A DNA stretch of 40,320 nucleotides, from NCBI RefSeq assembly GCF_001194135.2, contig NC_069007.1:5684449-5724768 (forward strand). The letters are read 5' to 3'. Source of the stretch: Octopus bimaculoides. Taxonomy: Eukaryota. The notes below the pieces were generated by a model. It ran no database searches. It worked only from the letters and a program-made list of their open reading frames with translations, and was not told where the DNA came from. Every line of letters starts with the position of its first letter. The first letter of the stretch is position 1. Both the position numbers and the translations under genes were made by a program. Below are positions 11,555 through 21,577 of this stretch, piece by piece.

Positions 11555-12262
11555 ATCTGAGGTACTACAACTGTGACATTCTGACCAAGGACTGAACTAA
11601 AGTTACTTTTGTGGTCTGATTCAGAGCAGAGGTATGGTAGCTGTCACAGTGCTTTTGAGGGAAGAGGTACCATAGCTGTCATTTACTGATGTGGGTGGAA
11701 TTGCTGTAACAGTCACACTCCAACTGGTGGAAGAGGTACCATAACTGTCATGTCCTGATGAAGGCAGATGTTTTGTAGCTGTCACACTCCTATGGGGGGG
11801 GGGAAGAGGTAGAGTAACAATCATATACTGATGAGGAAAGATGTGTATTAGCTGTCATACTCCTATTAGAGGAAGAGATACCATAACAGCCATATACTCG
11901 TGAGGGCAGATGAGTAGTAACTGTCACAATCTTGTTGAGGGCAAGGGTACCACAGCTGTCACTATTCAATTGAGGGCAGAGGTACAGAATCATTCACCAT
12001 CGAACAGAAGAGAGATTCAGCAGCCATTGCACTCCAGTTGAAAGAAGAGGTACAGCACCTATCACATTCTGATCCAGGGCAGAAGTACAGACGCTGTCAC
12101 ACTCCTGTTGAGGGCAGAGATTCAGCATCTCTCATTCCAACTCAAGGCAGGATGCAGCGGTTGTCATACTCTGATGGAACACAAAGGTACAAAGACTGAC
12201 TGTTCAGACTGAGCGTAGAGGTGTAGCAGCTCTCACACTTTGAGGGTAGAATTGTTGCAGCT
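11555..12262. repeat. Diverged minisatellite, 34/35-bp monomers forming a 69-bp dimer, about 20 monomers
   Basis: agaggtac-like anchors at 11663, 11732, 11805, 11874 and 11943 (spacing 69, 73, 69, 69; the 73 is due to an expanded G run). Half-units at 11628 and 11978. Confidence 0.85.
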
Positions 12263-12360
12263 ATCATATGTATATGTGCATGTATTTATGTATGTATGTG
12301 TGAGGGAATATATATCGCCAATATATAAAAAATGAATTTTAATTTATAATTTTGTCAGAG

Positions 12361-12410
12361 ATATTTAACATGTTTCGGTTCTTGAAAAAAACGAACCTCA
12401 TCAAAAATAC
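12361..12410 (-). ncRNA. Minimal type I hammerhead ribozyme motif (U at core position 3)
   Basis: Minus strand: GUAUUU-UUGAUGA-GGUUC(11-nt loop)GAACC-GAAA-CAUG-UU-AAAUAU. Stem I 6 bp (one G-U), stem II 5 bp, palindromic stem III. Confidence 0.65.
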
Positions 12411-12884
12411 ATATTCAAAAAAATGAAATTAAATGAAAAGTTCATAATCGTTCCTTACTGGTGTCAACAAAGTCCACGTGGGAGCGTTTTTTGTATGGGT
12501 ACATAATGGTTGTCTAGTGCATTGACTTGAATCGTTGATTGTAGTAGTAGTGACCGTGCTGGTAATGGTAAATGGCACCCCCTCATATATGGTGACAGTG
12601 ACTGTTGACTATTTTGGTATGCTTGTACAGCCATCTGTGTATGTGCATCTGAGAATACATATATGTACTCATGTAGTTATGTTTTTGTATCCATGTATAT
12701 CTGCATATGGTAATGTATACATGCATATGCATGTATATTGGAGTTTTTATGACTCTTTATATGGTTTTATTTACTTTTTGTAGGTTTTTTTATGTGCCTT
12801 ATATTTTTATATTTTTATTTTTTATCTTTATTTTAATTTTATATTTGTATTAAGATTTGGCAAAATTCATGAATTGAATTTTGT

Positions 12885-13023
12885 AAATCTCTGAAGAGGC
12901 CTAGCAAATCATGCAAGTACCACCCCCATTACATCATTTTCATCTACTAATTACTCCAGTGTACAGGAGCTATAGAGATAGAATGGGGCATGCCAACGCT
13001 AAGCCGAAACAGCTGTAAGATTT
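12885..13023 (+). ncRNA. Type I hammerhead ribozyme motif with 108-nt stem II
   Basis: AAAUCU(12885-90)-CUGAAGA(12891-97)-stem II(12898-13005)-GAAA(13006-09)-CAGCUG-UA(13016-17)-AGAUUU(13018-23). Stem I is a perfect 6 bp and all core residues are canonical. Predicted GUA cleavage after 13017. Confidence 0.8.
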
Positions 13024-13355
13024 TGTCCCTTCTCCAATTGCTAAATGTCCTTTAAATTTGAAATCTTAATTGTTGATATGACATGGTATGTCATAAGTGT
13101 CTGTATATTGTGTTTCTTGTCATTTTGGTTATAAAATAAACAGATTAATCAACGGAATACTGTCTGCAAGTTGATCAGTACCTCATATTCCCCTCCATTT
13201 TCTTATTGCTATATAAATTTAGGGTAAAAAAAAACCCCACTTATTGCACTTCATATAACACTAGTNNNNNNNNNNNNNNNNNNNNNNNNNNNNNNNNNNN
13301 NNNNNNNNNNNNNNNNNNNNNNNNNNNNNNNNNNNNNNNNNNNNNNNNNNNNNNN

Positions 13356-13388
<33 letters not shown>

Positions 13389-13389
13389 T

Positions 13390-13560
13390 CTCCATGCCAC
13401 TGATGTTAACCAGAGGAAAGGCAAAGGCTGATACAGCTTGGCACCAGTGATGTTGCAACTCGTTTCTACACCTGAGTGAACTGGAACAACGTGAAATAAA
13501 GTGTCTTGCTCAAGAACACAACACATTAGCCGGTCTGATGCTGTAACCACTGAGCCATGC
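13390..13560 (-). mobile_element. SINE family E, partial, with an internal deletion in the tRNA-like head
   Basis: Matches 20255-20390 (ggctgatacagcttggcacc...gtgaaataaagtgtcttgctcaagaacac) and ends in taaccactgagccatgc, the reverse complement of the A-box. Confidence 0.8.
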
Positions 13561-13593
<33 letters not shown>

Positions 13594-13594
13594 T

Positions 13595-13840
13595 GTAAAG
13601 GTTGTGCCTATAATAATGGTTGCATTGGGAACTGTAGACAATGAAAGAGACAAATGGTTGAAGATTAGAAGAGAACAACCTGTAAAACATTGCGTAGAGG
13701 GACAGGAATGGTTATCAGGAGGGTTTTAAGCACTTGAAAGACTATTGAAATATTGTAGACCCCTAAGGTTAAAAGTAATAACCTGTTACCCACATAAATC
13801 CTGCTAAGAATAAGACTGAACCTGAGTCAAGTCTATAATA
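13595..13840 (+). pseudogene. 3' end of a non-LTR retrotransposon with restriction-like endonuclease (R4/Dong-like), 5'-truncated
   Basis: VKVVPIIMVALGTV...KWLKI from 13595, a frameshift, then KTLRRGTGMVIRRVLST* (stop 13735-37). This resembles the VPVVIGALG...KTALLGTARILRKVL end of RLE-type ORFs. It starts directly after (AAT)n at 13561-13592. Confidence 0.6.
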
Positions 13841-13859
13841 TCAACAGCAATGACCACGG

Positions 13860-14275
13860 TTACAATGATGATGAAGATGATGATGATGGGAAGGAGGAGG
13901 AGGAGGGGAAAGGAGGAGGAGGGAGAGGAGGAGGAGGGAGAGGAGGAGGAGGGAGANNNNNNNNNNNNNNNNNNNNNNNNNNNNNNNNNNNNNNNNNNNN
14001 NNNNNNNNNNNNNNNNNNNNNNNNNNNNNNNNNNNNNNNNNNNNNNNNNNNNNNNNNNNNNNNNNNNNNNNNNNNNNNNNNNNNNNNNNNNNNNNNNNNN
14101 NNNNNNNNNNNNNNNNNNNNNNNNNNNNNNNNNNNNNNNNNNNNNNNNNNNNNNNNNNNNNNNNNNNNNNNNNNNNNNNNNNNNNNNGAGGGAGAGGAGG
14201 AGGGAGAGGAGGAGGGAGAGGAGGAGAGAGAGGAGGAGGAGAGAGAGGAGGAGGAGGAGAAGTAGGAGGGGAATG
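13860..14275. repeat. (GAT)n then (GGA)n/GAGGGAGAGGAG purine tract spanning an N-gap
   Basis: Direct inspection. Confidence 0.85.
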
Positions 14276-15065
14276 ACAATGGCAGCATGGTTGTGATTCT
14301 ATTATATCTGCCAAACACATCATACAAAAAATCTCAATTAATGAACTTAATCATTTTCTGTCAAGTGAATAGCAACAACAACAACAACAACAACAATAAT
14401 AATGATAATGATAATATTAACAATGATAATAAATAAAATTTTAAGACTTAAAGAGACAACAAAAAATCACCAAAAAAAAAAATAAAACATCCAGTTTTGT
14501 GAAAATATTAAGAATCACCATTTATTTCTTGATGGCAATTTATTAATTCTTCAACCAAACTCATTTTTTTTTTTTATAAGAAGCAACAGACTACTTGACC
14601 CCCCACCCCACTCAAAGCACCGCATAAAACACCACCCTCCTCGCACACACCTACTTCCCAAATAGTTCATTCTTTAGAAGTGAAGAGAATGTGAATTCTT
14701 ACTTGGTGTCTGCAACATGAAGTTCTTATGATTTCCTACACAAAATGATGCCATCGTCACAGTAAATGGAATCACTTTTTCAATATTGATTGCTCACAAC
14801 GTAAATTTATTTTATAATAAATATATTCTATATAAGCTTGTGTGTGTGTGCGCATGTGTTTGTGTGTGTGTGTGTATGTATGTATATATATCAATCTGAT
14901 TACCTATATATCAGTTTATCTATCTGCTTCTCTCTCTCTCTCTGTTTATCTATCTATCTATATATCATCATCATCATCATCACCATCATCATTATCTCAC
15001 TGTTCACTTCTCTGTACTTGTGTATAGGTCCACCATGTTTCTGTTTCCATGGGTATGAGAACATA

Positions 15066-15103
<38 letters not shown>

Positions 15104-15706
15104 GATGTGTATATATGTATGTATGTACATACATATGCTTTTTTACATGCATGTTTATATTTATATTTTTATATTTTTGAAATTATATGTTCATAATTAC
15201 ATTCTAATATTTTTTCAAATTTATATATATATATATATTTTCAGAATTACATTTATATATTTGTTTTTCGTATTTTTCAAATTTCTTTATTTCAATGCTT
15301 ACATTCGGTTATAATCATATTTTCATTTCTTGTTTTATATTTATATATAATTTTATACAATATCTATTTTATCTATTTATTCATTTATTATTATTATTAT
15401 CATTATTATCATTGCAATTATTATTATTGTTGTTGTTGTTGTTATTATTATTATTATTTAATTGAAATTCATGTAAAATGAAATCAATCATGCAGATTTT
15501 TGCTTCATTAGATGTTGTCAGGAATTGCTCGTCGATGCACAGTTTTGAAATCTCCAGGAAATTAAGAATATCTTTGTATCGGAAACGGCAATAGCCACAA
15601 CCAGCCCTCCCCTAATGACCTGGAGATGAGCCAATAAAAGGTGTTGCTATACATGGTTGCTTGATTTCCAAAAAAATTAGCAACGAAATTACATACAAGC
15701 ACAGAT

Positions 15707-15805
15707 GTGGCCATATGGTTGAGAAGCTTGTTTGCCAACCATGTAGTCTTGGGTTCGTTTTCACAGTGTGCCACCTATGGCAAGTGTCTTTTACTAAAAG
15801 CTAGA
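15707..15805 (+). mobile_element. SINE family A head fragment, diverged
   Basis: tggccatatggtttgagaagcttgtttgccaaccatgt...gggttcg...ggcaagtgtctttt. Confidence 0.6.
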
Positions 15806-15853
15806 CCAGGTGTGGGCTACCTTTTTGAGAGGGTGTTCCAAAACTGGCAAAAT

Positions 15854-16292
15854 CATCATCATCATTATCATCATTTAACGTCCGCTTTCCATGCTAGCAT
15901 GAGTTGGACAATTTGACTGAGGACTGGTGAACCAGATGGCTAAACCAGGCTCCAATCTAATCTGGCAGAGTTTCTACAGCTGGATGCCCTTCCCGACGCC
16001 AACCACTTCAAGAGTAAGTGGGTGCTTTTACGTGTCACTGGCACGAAGGCTAGTCAGGAGGTACTGGCAATGGCCATGCTCGAAATGGTGTATTTTATGT
16101 TCCACCTGCACAGGAGCCAGTCCAGCAGCACTGGCAATGAACTCACTCGAATGTCTTTTCACGTGTCACTGGCACAAGTGCCAGGAAGGTGACGTTGGTA
16201 ACGATCACGCTCAAATGGTGCTATTTACATGCCACCAGCATGGAAGCCAGACAGCTGGTGCTCTGGCAATGATCACACTCGGACGGTGCTCT
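15854..16292 (-). mobile_element. Family B retroposon, longest copy, with four internal 63-70 bp subrepeats
   Basis: (cat)n tail, ccatgctagcatg hairpin, ggatgcccttcc, then four units starting tttt(ac)gtgtcactggcac-like between 16026 and 16292. Confidence 0.8.
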
Positions 16293-16484
16293 TAGTGATG
16301 ACAAAAAAGGTTTCCACGTGCCAACCAAATTTTTTGAAAAATATATTAGGTTACTTGATATCTCTTAAGAAAGTGTATGTTAAGAACTTTTTTAATAAAT
16401 GATAAAAAATCACTATAGAGTAGTATATAATGATGGAAAATGTATTTATTCACCTTCAAAGTTACATCTAAACAACAATGAACC

Positions 16485-16613
16485 TTTGCCACTTTCAAAA
16501 GAAAACGTCAGATAAAATATCAGTCTGGCAGAAAACTTGCAGACAACTTTTGCCACTTCCAAAAGAAAACATCAATTCAGATGAAATATCGGTTTGACAG
16601 AAAACTTGCTGAC
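16485..16613. repeat. Two-copy direct repeat of about 63 bp in the hAT subterminal region
   Basis: tttgccactt(t/c)caaaagaaaac...cagaaaacttgc(a/t)gac at 16485-16544 and 16549-16613. Confidence 0.8.
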
Positions 16614-16644
16614 TCCTTTCGATACTCATGTATATACAGTATTA

Positions 16645-17000
16645 TCAGTCGGATTACTGCTGCTGCATCACTGATAACAGAGATTTTGTATCGGGTTCAT
16701 ATTTCGTAACCTTCAGAAATATGCATGCACTACTAGTTTCATTCGTCAGGTTACTCCTATTACAAGACTTAACAAAGTTCATCACTGAGAACAAGGATTC
16801 ACAGGAATATGTTGAAGAAAACATGGATATCAGTTCCGTTGCAAAGTTTTTTAAACTGGAAAAAATTTCTGGAATGGCATTCCAAGACCTTAATAATTCA
16901 ATTTCACCCACCCCCTCACATCTCATCTCCAATACTCATCACTTTGAAATCTATGACTGTTTCTCAACCCTTTTTTGCCTATCGACCTCTTTGATTCCTA
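16645..17000 (-). pseudogene. hAT (Charlie/SPIN-type) transposase C-terminal dimerisation region, decayed
   Basis: ORF 16654-16932: WNAIPEIFSSLKNFATELISMFSSTYSCESLFSVMNFVKSCNRSNLT...ACIFLKVTKYEPD...QQQ, then *SD*. This matches the STY.CE.LFS.M...R..LT...Y.PD...Q.SH end of hAT transposases. Confidence 0.85.
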
Positions 17001-17250
17001 TTTTTGCTCAAGTGGGTATTCATCACCGTTTGATGCTTTAAAAAACCTAATTATATTTTTTTTATAATTAAATATTATTAGGGATTGTATAAAAAGAAAA
17101 CTGTTATAATATTTTGTACATTATAGAATCATAAGCAATTAATGGCACATAAATTTTAACAGCAAATGTCTTTCAGCCATACTCCCCTCTCTTTATTAAG
17201 CAATATTAAAACAAATATTCAAATTGATTTTGATGTTTGTACATAAGAAT

Positions 17251-17432
17251 GCAGTGAGCTGGCAGAATCTTTAGCATGCTTGGCAAAATGCATAGTGGCA
17301 CTTCGTCTGTTGTACATTCTGAGTTCAGGTTCTACCAAGGTTCACTTTGCCTTTCATCCTTTTGGGGTCAATAAAATACAAACCAGTTGAGTACTTACAC
17401 TTTGCTCCACCTCAAATTGCTGACTTTGTGCA
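17251..17432 (+). mobile_element. SINE family D, diverged
   Basis: gcagtgagctggcagaatc...ctgagttcagg...ctttgcctttcatcc. Confidence 0.75.
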
Positions 17433-17802
17433 TCTACTGTATTCAACCTGCTGTATTCAGTCTGCTGTATTCCATCCTAATACCTCTTTCATATGCTATC
17501 ATTCCCAATGCCCTCACATACCTACCATAACCCTGCCTTAACCACTCCTTTATATCAATAACTACAGCCATCCCTGTCCTTGAGGGTATGTCCTGACACA
17601 TATCCATCATCATCCATCTCTCCCTCTCCATCTCTCTCACACTCTCCCATGCTATCTTTCTCTTTAAGTCTCTCTCTCTCTTTTCTTCCTCAACTAGAAT
17701 ATCCTTGGATCTCCTCTATGGCAAGGCACCTGTCTCTATCCCTCTGTCATTCTTCTTAACCTCTCATCAACTGGCATAGTCATGCCTGCATCTATGTACA
17801 AA

Positions 17803-18445
17803 TATTAATTTCAAATTTTGGCACAAGGCCAGCAATTTCAAGGGAGGGCATAAAGTTGTTTACATCGACCCCAGTGCTCAACTGGTACTTATTTTATTGA
17901 CCCCAAAATAATGAAAGGCAAAGTAAACTTTGACAGAATTTGAACCCTGAATGTAAAGGCTGACAAAAAATGCTGCTAAGTGTTTTGCCCAGTGTGCTTC
18001 CATTTATGCCAGCTCGCTGCCTTCTCATGTACAAAGAGCTGTTTCAAATTTTGGCACAGAGGCAGAAAATTCAGGGGAGTGGGTAAGCCAATTACATCAA
18101 ACCCTGTGCTAAACTGATTTTATTGACCCTGAAAAGATGAAAGCGGAATTTGAACTGAGAATGAAAAATGGACAACATGCCATTAAGCGTGCTAATGATT
18201 CTGGCATGCTAACGATTCTGCCAGCTCATCACTTTATATGTGAGGTATTTATAGGCTTTGATTTTTGGCAAATGGCCAGCACCTTGAGGCAGGGGTAGGT
18301 GTAAGCACTCAACAGGTACTTACTTTATTGACTCTAAAAAGATAAAAGACAAAATTGACTGTGGCAGAATTTGAACTCAGAACATGCAAAATGCCACTAA
18401 GCTTTTTGTCCAGTATGCTAACGATTCTGCCATCTCACTGCCTTC
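17803..18445 (-). mobile_element. Three head-to-tail SINE family D copies (17803-18023, 18040-18234, 18259-18445)
   Basis: Each has a tttggca-type tail, a gaatttgaac B-box complement and a tgcca(g/t)ctc A-box complement. Confidence 0.8.
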
Positions 18446-18979
18446 CTATGTATAAATATCAAAATAAATTTGAATATTTGTTTTAATATCACTCACTTAA
18501 TAAAGATTATTTCTAGATTTGTTTAGATATTGAAATGTGTGTACATTTTAATTACATTTATCTCAAGACATCAAACGAGGTTTATTGTAACAATAAAACT
18601 GTACATATTAAAGTATCTAATATACTTATATTCACACAACACTCACTCACTCACTGACACATGTACACTTACACATACAAACACATGCATATATATGGAT
18701 GTGCATGTATGTATCACTGAATTTATGCAAATACATATGCGTCTGAACTCACAAGGTAAATGAAAGTGCACAACAAAGCTGCTGTACAGTAATGAGCACT
18801 TAATTGCAACACATGAACATGAATGCCACAACTACAACAAAAACTGCAAGTCATTTGCTGGCTTCAAATGCTGTTGGAAGTCCCATGGTCATTGCGAAAA
18901 TAATAAACAGAAACATGATAACTTTGCCAGTGGCGGTCATCTAACAAGCCAGAAGCTGTCATATGTGTATGTATGTATA

Positions 18980-19025
<46 letters not shown>

Positions 19026-19173
19026 AAATGATATATGAGCATATGCATATATACATACATATATGTACATACCTACATCTACATGTATATATAGATGCAT
19101 ATCCAGGTACAGGACGTCAAAAAAGGAACGGGAACATAAACAAAGCACAAAAAAAACGGACTTGTTTTACGGA

Positions 19174-19222
<49 letters not shown>

Positions 19223-19240
19223 TGTGTGGCCTAGTGGTTA

Positions 19241-19525
19241 GGATGTAAACAAAGTAATACTAGTTGTCAAGTGGTAGTGTGTGACAAACACAAGCATAAC
19301 CACAATGCACACACATACATACACACACACACACACACACACGAAACACACAAAACACACACATGATGGGTTTCTTTCAATTTCTGACAACCAAATCCAC
19401 TCACAAGATTTTACTTGGCTTGGAGCTTTAGTAGAAGACACTTGCCCAAGGTGCCACATAATGGGAGTGAACCTGGAACCATGTGGTTGTGAAGCAAACT
19501 TCTTATCACATAGCAATGCCTGTGC
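19241..19525 (-). mobile_element. SINE family A, older subtype, head and middle
   Basis: gtaaac...gttgtcaag...caaatccactcacaag...gaagacacttgcccaaggtgcc...ggaaccatgtggttg. Confidence 0.75.
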
Positions 19526-19586
19526 TAACCACATATATATAAATTCAATATGTGCATGTGTGCGTGTGTGCATACACATGAATATA

Positions 19587-20104
19587 GCATCGATCTGGTC
19601 AATGGTATTTCCTGCTCATGTGATTAACATGCAAATGGCTGAGTCCTCCATAGACATGTGTACCCTTAACCCTTTAGCATTTAAGCTGGTCATACCAGGC
19701 CCAAATACTCTACCTGTTCTATGTTGAAACTGGCCAGATCAAGTCTCTCCATCACTTACTCTACAATCTCATTCTAAAAGTAAGCAAATACATCATCATA
19801 ATCTCAAAGCTGTGGGATAATCCAGGATTAATTCAGGACAATGTGAAGAGATAAGCATTACATTTGACAGAGTAATCTGATTGTTAAAGGATTAATGAAG
19901 TTCTCAAGAAGGGTCAGCATGACAAATAATGTGACAAGATGGACTTTCGTAATACAGGTGCTACTATTTTTTTGCCAGCTGGGTTAACCAGAGCAGTGTG
20001 AAATAAAGTGTCTTGCTTTAGGACGCAACATGTAACTGGATATCAAACTCATGACCTTATATTCATAAGCTGAATACCGTAACCACTAAGGCATGTACCT
20101 TCAC
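19587..20104 (-). mobile_element. SINE with family-E head/CORE-like body and family-C tail, interrupted by a MITE
   Basis: 19975-20104 matches the E head and body (gtgaaataaagtgtcttgc...aaccactaaggcatg). 19587-19669 and 19896-19960 match the C tail (gtggctgag...gtacccttaa|...gttctc...gtgacaag...aatacaggt). Confidence 0.7.
19670..19891. mobile_element. piggyBac-type MITE, about 222 bp, TTAA target duplication
   Basis: TTAA at 19666-69 and 19892-95. Left end ccctttagcat; right end ttgttaaagga is an imperfect inverted copy. The flanks rejoin as the SINE-C sequence gtacccttaa(cgt)agttctc. Confidence 0.8.
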
Positions 20105-20116
20105 CAGTCATTCTAT

Positions 20117-20621
20117 AAGAGGTAAAGACCCCCTTCAGTCATGAGTGACCATGGGATTGCATCTAGAATGTTCCCCAGGGCACAACTGCAGGCAAGGTTG
20201 TTTGTGAAAGACCAGTAGTTACCCATGCATACCAACCTCCATATTCCATGTGCCCAATGTTATCCAAAGGAAAGGTAAAGGCTGATACAGCTTGGCACCT
20301 GTGATGTTGCAACTCATTTCTTCAGGTGAGTGAACTGGAGCAACGTGAAATAAAGTGTCTTGCTCAAGAACACAACACGCAGCTCAGTCTGAGAATTGAA
20401 CCCACTACGTCATGATCGTGATCCTGACTCTCTGGCAACTAAGTCATGCACTTTCACATACAACACACAATCCTGCCTTGGAATTGAACCCACTACCTTA
20501 TGATTATGAGCCTGACACCAACCACTCAGCCATGTGCCTTCACACACAGCACACAGCCCAGCCCAGGGATCAAACTCACTCTCACATGATTGTAAGCCTG
20601 ACACTCTAACCACTTAGCCAT
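20117..20621 (-). mobile_element. tRNA-derived SINE family E with three tandem tRNA-like heads
   Basis: Body 20117-20370 with CORE-like cttgagcaagacactttatttcac on minus. Heads at 20371-20457, 20458-20543 and 20544-20621, each with A- and B-box-like motifs. Confidence 0.8.
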
Positions 20622-21536
20622 TCATAGAATTGAAAAATAGCAAGAAAAAAAAAAACAGAGTAAAGAAAATAAAACAGATAAATAACAAAAGGATTTTACT
20701 GGAGACTAAGATACTTGCAGAATCCCCAATCCCCAAAATTATCACTTACAAGATTTTCTTAATAATTAAGAAATATAATTGCATCTTCTCTGATAGGAAC
20801 TCATTAGTGCATCTATTTCCATCATAAAATGAAATAAGATTTTTCACTGATTGTAAACAAGCAAGATTAATATTGTTCTAAGTAGATGAAAATGGCTAAG
20901 AAGAAATTTATCGGAAACGGTTAATATCAATTTTCGGAAAAAAAATGGTAATTTTATTTACTAGGAAAAAAAAAAATCCACCAAGTTCAGATATTTCTTT
21001 TTCATATAAATTTAGTGTTTCTTGTGGGTATTTTTTCAGTTTTTTTCTCGGAGGGGAGGGTTGGTGTTTGGAGTTGATTCGATGTTGCCTCCATTTTATC
21101 TAATTCCTGGTAGAATATTTTTGGTTGTGTGCAATCTTTTCATTCAGTAACATTACCCAGGAGATTGTGAGATTTTTACCGTTTTTGTTGGAAATAAACC
21201 ATACAAATAAAACCACAACAAAAAAAACAATAGAGTCATATAATACACACTCACACATACATGTACATATTCACACATGCATTTATTATATATATATGTA
21301 TATATACATATATGTGTGTGTGTGTATATATATATATGATATATGTACATACAGAAGACACACATACACATAAATATATATACANNNNNNNNNNNNNNNN
21401 NNNNNNNNNNNNNNNNNNNNNNNNNNNNNNNNNNNNNNNNNNNNNNNNNNNNNNNNNNNNNNNNNNNNNNNNNNNNNNNNNNNNNNNNNNNNNNNNNNNN
21501 NNNNNNNNNNNNNNNNNNNNNNNNNNNNNNNNNNNN

Positions 21537-21577
<41 letters not shown>

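Noticed and set aside
14700-14800. Candidate minus-strand exon ending at a GTAAGA donor-like site
   Set aside because: No convincing acceptor and no recognisable peptide.
15381-15611. Minus-strand 76-codon open frame after an AG (GRAGCGYCRFRYKDILNFLEISKLCIDEQF...poly-N) in CpG-containing unique sequence
   Set aside because: Only about 50 non-repetitive codons, no recognisable domain and no donor site; expected by chance. RNA-seq would be needed.
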